DNA of 64,000 nucleotides from Puniceicoccaceae bacterium (GTDB lineage: Bacteria > Verrucomicrobiota > Verrucomicrobiia > Opitutales > Oceanipulchritudinaceae): NCBI GenBank assembly GCA_040830765.1, contig JBFOMH010000024.1:1-64000 (forward strand). The letters are read 5' to 3'. Positions 20,660 through 30,315 of the stretch are shown piece by piece. The position numbers were made by a program, and so were the translations under genes. The notes under the pieces are model-generated. The model did no database searches. It was not told where the DNA came from and saw only the letters and a list, made by a program, of their open reading frames with translations. Every line of letters starts with the position of its first letter. Positions within the stretch are counted from its first letter, which is position 1.

Positions 20660-23600
20660 CTTTCCAGCCGGGCAAAGGCGGCATCGATAATCTTCGGGGA
20701 GACCTTCTCGCTGGTCCCCAGTTCCTGGGCGAATATCTGCACCTTGTATTCTTCCAGCAGCCAACGCAGCCGGCGCTTCTCAGCCGGCTCCGACTTGAGA
20801 CCAGCAAAGCGGCGGATGTAAGCGACCAGCGGACGCGCCTTCTCCGCATCCTTGACAGGATTTTGCCGCGCCCTCTGGATTCGCCTGGACAAGGCATCAA
20901 TGTAGCGCGGGTAGTGGTTTAGTCGCGACAAATCAAGGGAGCGAAGGAACCTCGGGTGAACCAGCGCGTCCAGCTCGGTCTTCCATGGAGAGTCAGGATG
21001 GATCAACGTCATGACCTTATCCCGCTCCTTGAGGATTCTTTCCAGCAAATCGACATACTTTGGGACAAGACCCCGCATATTCTCCCTGGCAGCCATACTC
21101 ACCTTCTCCAGTGTGGCAGGGTCCAGGGGCAGCGGGTCCTCACAGGCCAGCAGGGAACGCCGAATGAGGGCAAAGGATTCGGCCGCTAGGGTCTTCGAAT
21201 CCATCATCGCGGCAAATCCGAGCCCGACCCGTTTCACTTCCTTGGCCAAGTCACGTTGCAACCACCCCAAGTCCTTGCCGACCGCCTCCTCACACAAGGC
21301 CATGAAGCCGGCAAGGGTTGCCCGTCTGGCGGCCGCCTCGGTGGCGAACAGCTTCAGGGAAATACCGTCCTTCCCTGCTTCCAATCCCGGCCAAGCCTTG
21401 ACCGGCAGGCCGGCAAGGTTACCCAACACAAGTTCCGTTGGTAGCTTGGGCAGGGTTGAGGGGTGGACGACCTTCATCTCGTACTTCCGGCAACCTTCCT
21501 GCCAGACCTTCAGCTTGTCGCGACCCTCCCCTTTATCAAAGGAGGCCCGAACCGCTTCCCGATATTGCTGGCTGACGTCATCCCAATTGCGGCCCGTGGC
21601 AACCGTCCTCTTCTTGCGGTCGATTACTTCGACCCGCGGCTTCAGGTAGTCGGGCACCGCATCCGGGGCCCAGTCCGTCGGCCAGATACGGATACCGCGG
21701 GTTTCCCCGAGCAGGCGCGTCAGTTGGTCGACAAGGCTGCCCTTGTCCGGAGCAACCGCCAGGGCCAACTCCTGCACCACATCGGCCATGGGGAACAGTT
21801 GCTTGCGGGTATCCTTGGGCAGGCCACGAAGAAGAAACTCGATCCGCTGCTTGATATAACCGGGAACGACCCAGTCGATCATCGAGGCGTCGACCGACTC
21901 AAACTGCTCCACGGGAATCTTCAGGGTCGCGCCATCCTCATCCTCTCCCGGCTTGTAGGCGTAGGACAGGTCCAGTCGGACCCCACTCATTTCCGTCGCG
22001 TCGGGAAAGGCCGCCAGCTCTTCCGCCTCGTCTTCTCCCGGCAACAAGTCTCCCTCGCTGGCGAATAAAAAGTCGGCCTTTCCGCCATGATGGTCCCGGA
22101 TAAAGGCCTTCAGGTCGCCGAAGGATCCCACGCGTTCAATCCGCTGCGCGTAAAAACGATAGAGCCGCTCATCAAGTGCCCAGGTCCCGCTCATGCGCAA
22201 TCGCGTTTGCCGGTCCCGGACTTCCTCAAGGAGCTTCTGGTTGGCTTCATGGAACGGCAGTCTTGTCCTCAATCGTCCCTCAACCAGTGCCTCGCGGATG
22301 AAGATTTCCGTCGCCTCACGCGGGTTGATTTTCAGGTAGGCTGTCCGCTTGGCAGCAACCTCGAGCCCGTAGAGAAGGATCCGCTCCCGGGCCATGACGC
22401 GCTCACCCTTTTCATCATAAACCGGATCGGTGTATTTATGATTCAGTACATGCTCTCCGACCCGGAGGATCCAAGCCGGATCGATACGTGCAACTGTCCG
22501 GGCATACAAACGCGTAGTCTCCATGAATTCACCCGCGAGGATCCATTTGGCCCCACCCCCTTTGGAGTGCGCTGACATGTCAGCGCCTTTTTTCTGCTTT
22601 CCACCCTTTCCCCTCGCCAGCTTCTTGAATAGCGTCGATCCCGGAAAGACCATCTCCTTACGGTTGCGGGTGGCCCGGTAGTGGTTGGTTTCCTCAAGTT
22701 GGGCTACGCCCGAGAGAAGTCCGCTCAGAAGGGCACGGTGGATTTGCTCGAACTCGGCCGGTTCCTTGTTCTCCCGGAACATCCGGATGTCCTTCAAGGT
22801 CCGCTCCAGCTGGGCATGGATGTCCCGCCACTCCCGCATCCGGAGATAGCTCAGGAAGTGGGCCTTGCAGAACTTGCGCAGCTGGTTCTGGCTCAGGCGT
22901 TCCATCTCATCGTGGTAACTATTCCAGATGTTCAGGAGGGTCAGGAAATCCGACTCCTCATGCCGGAACTTGCGGTGCATCTCATCCGCCTCCTTGGCCG
23001 CGTCCATTGGCCGCTCGCGAGGGTCCTGGATACTGAGACCCGCGGCAATTACGAGGATTTCATGAACACAGCCCTCCCGGTTGGCCTCCAGCAGCATGCG
23101 GCCCACCGTCGGGTCAACCGGAAGGTGTGACAACTTGCGGCCCAAAGGGGTCAGCCCTTGGATTTTGGCATCCAGCGCCCCCAGCTGGACCAGGAGTTCA
23201 TATCCGGAGCGGATAGCCCGCTCCCCCGGGGGCTCGATAAAGGGAAATGTGCGGATGTCCCCAATCTTGAAAGCGATCATCCGGAGAATCACGTCGGCGA
23301 GATTGCAGCGCAGGATCTCCGGCGTGCTGTATTCGGGACGACCGAGGAAATCCTGTTCACTATAAAGGCGGACACAAACTCCTTCACTTAAGCGGCCAGC
23401 ACGACCTTTGCGTTGGTTGGCCGAGCTCTGGGATACCTTTTCAATCGGCAGCCGCCGGGTATGAGTCGCGGCACTGTAACGGCTGACCCGGGCCAGACCG
23501 CTGTCGATGACAAACCGGATCCCGGGAATGGTAATCGAGGTCTCCGCTATGTTCGTTGAGAGGATGACTTTGCGCAGGCGACCAGATTTAAAAATGCGGT

Positions 23601-24417
23601 CCTGCTCATCCGCGGTCAGGCGTCCGAAAAGAGGCAGGACCTCCAAGCGGGTCAGGCCGCGCTTTTCCAAGAGGTCACGGGTCTCCCGGATATCCTTTTC
23701 CCCCGGAAGAAAGACGAGGATGTCGCCGGGACGATTCCAACTGACGATGTCCTCAACGGTCCGGACAATGGCATCCACGTAGGTCATGTCGCCGGTGTCT
23801 TCCAGCACCTCGTCAATCGGGGCATAGACGGTTTCAACAGGGTAGAGGCGACCACTCACCTCAAGGATAGGGGCATTGCCGAAGGCCTTCGAAAACGCCT
23901 CGGTGTCAATCGTGGCGGAGGTAATGATGACTTTCAGGTCCTTGCGCCGTTGCAGCAAAAGGTTCAGGTAGCCCAGCAGAAAATCGATGTTGAGACTGCG
24001 TTCGTGCGCCTCGTCGACAATGATGACGCTGTACTGCCGCAGGTCTGCATCGCCCTGGATTTCCGTCAGCAGCATGCCGTCCGTCATCACCTTGATCAGG
24101 GTGTCGGGGCGGGTCTTGTCCGTGAAACGGATCTTGGCGCCGACCTCCTGCCCCCAGACAACGCCAAGCTCCTCAGCGATCCGGCGGGAGATAGACAAGG
24201 CCGCTACTCGCCGCGGCTGGGTACAGGCAATCTTTCCCTTTTCCGCCAACCCTGCCTCAAGGCACATCTTAGGAATCTGTGTCGTCTTGCCGGAACCCGT
24301 TTCCCCGGCCAGCACAACAACCGGGTGATTGCGGATGAGATCAACAATCGCCTCCCGGTGGGCCGTGATCGGCAACTCCTCGGGATAGCGAATTTTCAAC
24401 TGACCTTTACCGGGCAT
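20638..24417 (-). CDS. hrpA: ATP-dependent RNA helicase HrpA
   Basis: GETGSGKTTQ, TQPRRVAA, DEAHER, SAT, QRKGRAGR and C-terminal EEYKVQIFAQELGT. Confidence 0.95.
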   Translation of the reverse strand: MPGKGQLKIRYPEELPITAHREAIVDLIRNHPVVVLAGETGSGKTTQIPKMCLEAGLAEKGKIACTQPRRVAALSISRRIAEELGVVWGQEVGAKIRFTDKTRPDTLIKVMTDGMLLTEIQGDADLRQYSVIIVDEAHERSLNIDFLLGYLNLLLQRRKDLKVIITSATIDTEAFSKAFGNAPILEVSGRLYPVETVYAPIDEVLEDTGDMTYVDAIVRTVEDIVSWNRPGDILVFLPGEKDIRETRDLLEKRGLTRLEVLPLFGRLTADEQDRIFKSGRLRKVILSTNIAETSITIPGIRFVIDSGLARVSRYSAATHTRRLPIEKVSQSSANQRKGRAGRLSEGVCVRLYSEQDFLGRPEYSTPEILRCNLADVILRMIAFKIGDIRTFPFIEPPGERAIRSGYELLVQLGALDAKIQGLTPLGRKLSHLPVDPTVGRMLLEANREGCVHEILVIAAGLSIQDPRERPMDAAKEADEMHRKFRHEESDFLTLLNIWNSYHDEMERLSQNQLRKFCKAHFLSYLRMREWRDIHAQLERTLKDIRMFRENKEPAEFEQIHRALLSGLLSGVAQLEETNHYRATRNRKEMVFPGSTLFKKLARGKGGKQKKGADMSAHSKGGGAKWILAGEFMETTRLYARTVARIDPAWILRVGEHVLNHKYTDPVYDEKGERVMARERILLYGLEVAAKRTAYLKINPREATEIFIREALVEGRLRTRLPFHEANQKLLEEVRDRQTRLRMSGTWALDERLYRFYAQRIERVGSFGDLKAFIRDHHGGKADFLFASEGDLLPGEDEAEELAAFPDATEMSGVRLDLSYAYKPGEDEDGATLKIPVEQFESVDASMIDWVVPGYIKQRIEFLLRGLPKDTRKQLFPMADVVQELALAVAPDKGSLVDQLTRLLGETRGIRIWPTDWAPDAVPDYLKPRVEVIDRKKRTVATGRNWDDVSQQYREAVRASFDKGEGRDKLKVWQEGCRKYEMKVVHPSTLPKLPTELVLGNLAGLPVKAWPGLEAGKDGISLKLFATEAAARRATLAGFMALCEEAVGKDLGWLQRDLAKEVKRVGLGFAAMMDSKTLAAESFALIRRSLLACEDPLPLDPATLEKVSMAARENMRGLVPKYVDLLERILKERDKVMTLIHPDSPWKTELDALVHPRFLRSLDLSRLNHYPRYIDALSRRIQRARQNPVKDAEKARPLVAYIRRFAGLKSEPAEKRRLRWLLEEYKVQIFAQELGTSEKVSPKIIDAAFARLESQSLRKA

Positions 24418-24463
24418 CAATTCCCCAGAGCGAAGCAGCTAATTCCGAAGCAGACAAGTTTAC

Positions 24464-27400
24464 TTAGAGAGTCGGCGCTTCAGCACTGGTCACGCTTAAA
24501 CTCAAGCCACTTCCCGTTTCATCCCGCTCGATATAGACCCGGAGGCAGGCCGCCCGGCTTTGCGACAGATCCCAGCCGTGTTGACGATAGACATCCGGGA
24601 AGAGGACGGTCTCAGCCATCCCGGTTTCATCGGCCACGGAAACAAACTTCATCAACTCCCCCTTCACGGTCCGGTGCAGGCGGTGACAAACCTGGATGCC
24701 GGCAATGCGCATCTCCCGGCCGACAAAGTCCCCGAGGCTCCTTACCGGGACCGTGTTACTGCGGTCCACCCTGCGCATCCAGAGGGCAAATGGATCCAAG
24801 GTCACCGGATAACCCAGCAGATCCGCCTCGCCTTCCGCCATTTCAACTTTCCCGGGCTCCGGAAAGACCGGTCGCGGCGAGCTGTTGGCGGCAAAGAGGT
24901 CCTCTGCCTCACCGTACTGGCGCCGTCTCACCTGGCCGGCATGCCAGACCGCGGCATGCCGGTTCTCAAAGAATGCCCGCAAGGCTCCGGTCCGCGCCAG
25001 CAACTCCGCCTCGGCTGGCTCCGGACGGGTACGGCTGACAAAATCAAGCCAACCACGGAAGGCCCCGCGCTGCCGCGCCTGTCTCCACCCTCCCAGGAAG
25101 CGTTCACTCAATCCCTTGATCTGCCACAAGGGAATGTGGACGCGCTTATCCTCCACCCGGTAGGCTTCTCCCGGCCATTGCACGTCGGGCAGGACAAAGC
25201 GACCCCCATGTCGCAGGATTTCCATGACATAAACCAGGGGAGCATAAAAACCGCGCCGGTTGTTGAGAACAGCCGCGAGGAAGTGCAGCGGCCAATGGTA
25301 CTTGAGCCAGCAACCATGAAAGGCCTCAATGGCATAGGCGGCCCCATGCGCCTTGTTGAACATGTAACCGGAAAAGTCCCGCAGTTCCCGCCAGACCGTC
25401 TCGATCTCGTCCTCCCCGCGCCCCTTCCGGAGCGCGCTGGCCCGGAAAACCGCCTCCAGTTCATCCATCACATTGTCGTCCGACTTCTTGATCAGAATCC
25501 GTCGCAGTAAATCCGCCGTGCCGAAATCCATCCCGGCAAAGCGGTTGGCCACGAGGAGGATATGTTCCTCGTAAATCATCAGCCCGTAACTGTCATACAG
25601 CACCTCCTCGAGCACCGGATGGGCGTACTGCGGCGGTTCCATCCCCAGGTAACGGCGGGCAAACTTCGTCTTCTTGTCCTCATTGGCCGCCCCCGGACGG
25701 ATCACTGAAACCGTGGCCACAAGGCAGTCGATATCGGCACAGCGGCACAACTTGAGCAGACTGGTCATGGCCGGCGACTCAATGTGGAAGACCCCCCGCG
25801 CCTCGCCATTTTGAACCAGCTCATAAATACGATCATCCGAATAATCGATCCCCTCAAGGGGATTCAGCGGATCCGGACCTTCGTCCTTTGTCCTTTGTCC
25901 TTCGTCCCTCAAGTTCTCGCAACAATCCCGGATCACGCTCAATCCGGCCTGGCCCAGCAAATCCATCTTCAGCAAACCGAGGTCCTCGACCGGGTCCATC
26001 GACATCTGGGTCATGGAGAATCCCCTGGCACTTCCCCCGACCGGGGTGAAACCGGTCAATGGCCGGTCGGCAATGACCATGCCGCAGGGATGCATCATCG
26101 GATGGCGGGGCAGGCCGTGGAGATCCACCGCGCGCTCCACCGCCTCCCGGAAACGGTCGTCCGCCCAGGCGCCCTGCGCCTCGACATAGCCCTCCCGATC
26201 GCTGAGGAATTTCTTCAGGGAACCATACGGCAGGCGTTTGCTCCAAGCGTGGGCCTCGTGTGCCGGGACGCCCATGGCCTTGGCCACCTCGGTCACGGAT
26301 GCCCGTCCCTTAAAGGTGGCAAAGCCGCCTATCATGGCCACCCGGTCGAGACCGTAGCGTTCATACAGCCAGGCCATGATCTCGTCCCGCCGGTCCCATG
26401 GCAGGTCGAGGTCGATGTCCGGCAACTTGCTGTGCTTCATCCGTTCGCGGTTCAGGAAGCGCTCAAAGCGCAACCCGAAGCGGAAAGGGCAGACGTTGGC
26501 CACCCCAAGGGCATAACAGATGAGGCTCCCGGCCGCACTCCCCCGGGCGAGAACGGGAATATCCCGCCGGGCGCACTCGTCGACAACCTCCGCAAAGACA
26601 AGGAAGTAACCCGCGTATCCAGTTTCCGCTACAACTGCCAATTCCCTCCGGATGCGCTCCAGCAGCTTCTCCCGCGAGGGCTTGTCCCGCCAGGGATAGG
26701 ACTGCCCGTACCGGCGCACTATCCCGCGCAGGCAGCGCCATGCCAAAAGGCGGTTCTGCCGGGTCTTTCCAGTCGCCGTCTCCCCCACACCGGCATTCCG
26801 GTGAACGAGCGGGTTTGGCAGGTAGATTTTTCCGTAGCGGTAGTCAAAATCACAGGCAGCAACAAAAGCCCGGGTTTGCTGCAACACCTGGGGGACCCGG
26901 GCAAAGCGCCGCTCGAGCGCTTCCGGTGAAAGCAGGCCATACTCCCCCGGGGGCAACTTGTCGGGATGACGCTGGCCCAAGCGGGTCAGGGTCCCCATGG
27001 CCTGCAGGAGCTCCAGCAAACGGCTCCCCTTCCGGGTTCCATCATGCCGGGCCCCGTTCATGACAACCCAGCGATCCCAGCCATGCCGCTGCAGTTCACT
27101 GAACGCCCGCCGCTGCAGCAACTGCTCCGTCGCATTGTGCCAGCACAGCTCCAGCCACAGGTTATCCCAGCCATACTCCAGCAACCGCTCCCAGGCCCCT
27201 CGCCACCGCGGGAAGGCCCCAATCCGGCCACCGTAGGCATGCCCCACCCGGATCGGACAGGAGAGCCAAATACCGTCCGCCGTCTCTACCTGCAGGCGCT
27301 CAATCCCCTCCCACTCCACTTCACCACCGTTGGCCTCGCTGACCAAACGGCAAATGGCGGCATACCCGGCTTGGTTGCGGACCGTCAGCTGAAGCCACTC

Positions 27401-27622
27401 CGGGACAAAGTCCCGCACCCGCATCCGGCAGCCCAGCACCATCCGGAGACCTGCCCGGTCACAGGCCTGGGAGAATTCCACCCCGCCGTAAAAGCCCCCT
27501 ATGTCGGCCAGCCCGGCACCTGTGTAGCCGCAAGCCAGCAGCCGTTCCACCAGCTGCCCCACTGTCCACCCCGCCCCGTAAAAGCTGTAGGCACTGAAGT
27601 TTCCCAGACTGAACACGAACAA
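24464..27622 (-). CDS. dnaE2: error-prone DNA polymerase III alpha subunit (DnaE2-like)
   Basis: Degenerate PHP start (NFSAYSF), RGSAAGS, FERFLN, PDIDLD, HPCG, KMDLLG, FNKAHG; short length and C-terminal OB fold fit DnaE2. Confidence 0.82.
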   Translation of the reverse strand: MFVFSLGNFSAYSFYGAGWTVGQLVERLLACGYTGAGLADIGGFYGGVEFSQACDRAGLRMVLGCRMRVRDFVPEWLQLTVRNQAGYAAICRLVSEANGGEVEWEGIERLQVETADGIWLSCPIRVGHAYGGRIGAFPRWRGAWERLLEYGWDNLWLELCWHNATEQLLQRRAFSELQRHGWDRWVVMNGARHDGTRKGSRLLELLQAMGTLTRLGQRHPDKLPPGEYGLLSPEALERRFARVPQVLQQTRAFVAACDFDYRYGKIYLPNPLVHRNAGVGETATGKTRQNRLLAWRCLRGIVRRYGQSYPWRDKPSREKLLERIRRELAVVAETGYAGYFLVFAEVVDECARRDIPVLARGSAAGSLICYALGVANVCPFRFGLRFERFLNRERMKHSKLPDIDLDLPWDRRDEIMAWLYERYGLDRVAMIGGFATFKGRASVTEVAKAMGVPAHEAHAWSKRLPYGSLKKFLSDREGYVEAQGAWADDRFREAVERAVDLHGLPRHPMMHPCGMVIADRPLTGFTPVGGSARGFSMTQMSMDPVEDLGLLKMDLLGQAGLSVIRDCCENLRDEGQRTKDEGPDPLNPLEGIDYSDDRIYELVQNGEARGVFHIESPAMTSLLKLCRCADIDCLVATVSVIRPGAANEDKKTKFARRYLGMEPPQYAHPVLEEVLYDSYGLMIYEEHILLVANRFAGMDFGTADLLRRILIKKSDDNVMDELEAVFRASALRKGRGEDEIETVWRELRDFSGYMFNKAHGAAYAIEAFHGCWLKYHWPLHFLAAVLNNRRGFYAPLVYVMEILRHGGRFVLPDVQWPGEAYRVEDKRVHIPLWQIKGLSERFLGGWRQARQRGAFRGWLDFVSRTRPEPAEAELLARTGALRAFFENRHAAVWHAGQVRRRQYGEAEDLFAANSSPRPVFPEPGKVEMAEGEADLLGYPVTLDPFALWMRRVDRSNTVPVRSLGDFVGREMRIAGIQVCHRLHRTVKGELMKFVSVADETGMAETVLFPDVYRQHGWDLSQSRAACLRVYIERDETGSGLSLSVTSAEAPTL
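25878..25905. repeat. four tandem heptamers CCTT(C/T)GT inside dnaE2
   Basis: ccttcgt-cctttgt-cctttgt-ccttcgt read directly. Confidence 0.8.
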
Positions 27623-27625
27623 GCC

Positions 27626-27653
27626 ATACTAGTATACATATGTATACCTTCAA
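27626..27653 (-). promoter_or_regulatory. sigma70-like promoter (TTGAAG-N16-TAGTAT) whose spacer is the perfect palindrome GTATACATATGTATAC (27632-27647)
   Basis: Minus strand reads TTGAAG GTATACATATGTATAC TAGTAT ggc TTG, directly ahead of dnaE2. Confidence 0.65.
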
Positions 27654-27702
27654 GACTGAATCGCTTCCCGGGAGAAAATTCCGTGAACCCTGACAACTAA
27701 CT

Positions 27703-29310
27703 CTATTGGCGGATGCCCCAGCGGGTCTCGATGGCGACAGGCAGTTTGTCAGGATAGTCGAGGGTGTAGTGGAGGCCCCGACTCTCCTTGCGCTGGAGCG
27801 CACACATGATGACCATCTCCGCCACTTCGACAAGGTTACGCAGCTCCAGAAGGGAAGGTTCCACCTTGAAATTCCAGTAGTATTCGTGGATTTCCCGCTT
27901 GAGGCGCTGGACACGGGTCTGCGCCCGCTGCAATCGCTTGGTGGAACGGACAATGCCGACGTAGTCCCAGAGGCAGCGTTTCAATTCGTCAAGATTGTGG
28001 CTGATAATGACCCGCTCATCACTGCCATGGAGGTCTCCATCCACCCAGTCCGGCAAGTCGGCCGCCTCGAATGAAGCCGAGCGGAGGAACTCATCCACCT
28101 TCAAGGCACCCCTATGGGCCATGACGACCGCCTCCAGCAAGCTGTTGCTGGCGAGGCGATTGGCTCCTTGCAGGCCTGTGCAGGCAACCTCCCCACAGGC
28201 ATAAAGCCCACTCAGGCCGGTCTTGGCATTGAGGTTGGTTCGTACACCGCCACAGAGATAGTGCATGGCCGGAACCACCGGAATGGGTTCATGGGCGATA
28301 TCAATACCGGCTTGGCGGCAGCGCTCCATGATGTGGGGAAAACGTTCCTTGAGGAATTCTTCCGACTTATGGCTGATGTCGAGCCAGACATGCCGGGAAC
28401 CGGACTTCTTCATCTCACTGTCGATGGCCCGGGCAACGATATCACGCGGGGCCAGATCCTTGCGCGCATCGTAGCGCGCCATGAAGGCCTCGCCATTGAG
28501 ATTACGGAGAATCCCGCCCTCTCCACGGACAGCTTCGCTGATCAGAAATCGATCCTCAGTACTGGCATAGAGGGCAGTGGGATGAAACTGGATGAACTCC
28601 ATGTTGCGGATTTCCGCCCCGGCCCGGAAGGCCATCGCGATGCCGTCACCCGTGGCAATGGCCGGATTGGTGGTGTAGAGATAAACCTGGCCGATACCTC
28701 CGGTACACAACATGACCACCGGAGCAGCATAGGTCTGGACCATCCGATCTTTGGTGTTGTATCCATAGAGTCCCAGAATGCGGTTTTTGGTGGCATCCAC
28801 CTGATGGCCGGCAAGCGCCAGTTTGCGGGTTGTTATCAGGTCGATGGCGTGCACATGCTCCAGCAAGGTAATGCGGGGATGGGTTTCCACTGCGTGGACA
28901 AGGGCCTCCTCGATAGCCTTTCCGGTCAGGTCCTTGACGTGAAGGATCCGCCGCTTGGAATGCCCACCCTCCTTGTGCAGGGATACCCGCCCGTCGTCGA
29001 GCTGGGAAAAGTCGACCCCGAGCTCGTGCAATTCCTTGATCCGGTCCGGGCCATCCTCAATGATGTGGCGTACGACCGCTTCGTCACAGAGACCGTCTCC
29101 GGCCGTCAAGGTATCCTGGACATGCAGTTCAAAATCGTCTGTTTGTGAAGTAACAGCGGCAATCCCTCCTTGGGCATAGTTGGTATTGCTCTCAGCCCGT
29201 TCCTTCTTGGTCAGGATACAAACAGAGTGCCCACAATCGGCCACCTTCCGGGCGAAGCTGAGACCGGCGATTCCACTGCCAACAACAAGGACGTCAAATG
29301 ACTGTTGCAT
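27703..29310 (-). CDS. nadB: L-aspartate oxidase
   Basis: VVGSGIAG, YAQGGIAA, EGGHSKRRILH, QFHPT, LISEAVRGEG, GANRLASNSLLE and ESRGLHY. Confidence 0.96.
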   Translation of the reverse strand: MQQSFDVLVVGSGIAGLSFARKVADCGHSVCILTKKERAESNTNYAQGGIAAVTSQTDDFELHVQDTLTAGDGLCDEAVVRHIIEDGPDRIKELHELGVDFSQLDDGRVSLHKEGGHSKRRILHVKDLTGKAIEEALVHAVETHPRITLLEHVHAIDLITTRKLALAGHQVDATKNRILGLYGYNTKDRMVQTYAAPVVMLCTGGIGQVYLYTTNPAIATGDGIAMAFRAGAEIRNMEFIQFHPTALYASTEDRFLISEAVRGEGGILRNLNGEAFMARYDARKDLAPRDIVARAIDSEMKKSGSRHVWLDISHKSEEFLKERFPHIMERCRQAGIDIAHEPIPVVPAMHYLCGGVRTNLNAKTGLSGLYACGEVACTGLQGANRLASNSLLEAVVMAHRGALKVDEFLRSASFEAADLPDWVDGDLHGSDERVIISHNLDELKRCLWDYVGIVRSTKRLQRAQTRVQRLKREIHEYYWNFKVEPSLLELRNLVEVAEMVIMCALQRKESRGLHYTLDYPDKLPVAIETRWGIRQ

Positions 29311-29350
29311 GATAAAGGATTGATGAAAGTCAATAAACGGACGAGCCCGG

Positions 29351-30196
29351 CTAGAGGAGAATATTATCAATCAGGCGAACTTCGTCACACCAGATAGCGG
29401 CGACAATCAATGCTTCTCCAGTAACGATTTCAGCACGGACCGCTTGCATCGTCCGCGGTTCGACAATGGAGACGTAAATGACCCGCAAGCGCCGATGTTG
29501 GGAAATGTGGTGAATCACTTCGGCAACAACCCGGTCGACATTGGTGATGCCGGTATCAACCAGGCGCTTCCCTTCCTGCAAGGCGCCATATAGGGCGCTC
29601 GCATCCCGCAGTTGAAAATCGTTGAGGTAAGTATTCCGGGCACTGCAGGCCAATCCGCTTTCCTCACGAATGGTGTCAACCATCTCTATCTCCACCGGGA
29701 AGTGCAATTCCTGGAAGAACTTGCCAAGGACAACCGCTTTCTGCGCATCCTTCTGGCCCAGGAACAATTTATCCGGTCGGATGAGATTCAGGAGCATCGT
29801 GTGATAGGTACAGACTCCGTTGAAATAATTGGTCCGGGAGACCCCGCAAAGGGTGCGGCTGACAGAGGTCTCGGTGACACTCGAGGAAAAGCCTGGTGGA
29901 AAAAGGGTCTGCGCATCCGGCCGGAAGAGGATATCGACGCCCGCCTCACGGCAGAAGGCCTCATCCTTCTCCGGTGTCCGTGGATACCGCTGAAAGTCCT
30001 CGTTGGGACCAAATTCCAGCGGATTGACCAAGGTTGACACAACCACGGTGTCGACACTTTCCCGGGCCTTCGCGATCAGGGCGCCGTGTCCCGGATGGAG
30101 CGCTCCACTGGTTGAGACAAGGCCAATGCCGCTGCCCTTCGTACGGAGGTCCAGGGAAACCGCCTGCATCTGCATGGATTCTTCGATTATCTGCAT
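29351..30196 (-). CDS. panC: pantoate--beta-alanine ligase (divergent)
   Basis: GALHPGH, VNPLEFGPNEDF.RYPR, GQKDAQ, REESGLACSARN and VRLIDNI. Confidence 0.85.
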   Translation of the reverse strand: MQIIEESMQMQAVSLDLRTKGSGIGLVSTSGALHPGHGALIAKARESVDTVVVSTLVNPLEFGPNEDFQRYPRTPEKDEAFCREAGVDILFRPDAQTLFPPGFSSSVTETSVSRTLCGVSRTNYFNGVCTYHTMLLNLIRPDKLFLGQKDAQKAVVLGKFFQELHFPVEIEMVDTIREESGLACSARNTYLNDFQLRDASALYGALQEGKRLVDTGITNVDRVVAEVIHHISQHRRLRVIYVSIVEPRTMQAVRAEIVTGEALIVAAIWCDEVRLIDNILL

Positions 30197-30315
30197 GAGA
30201 CCTCCCTATCCTTGCCCAGCAGCAACGCTCTCTCAAGGCTTTTCCGGCGGAATTCCGTGTCGGAGGCATTTTGCCTCTTGTCTCCACGGCAATTAAGCGT
30301 TCCTTGTATCCCACC

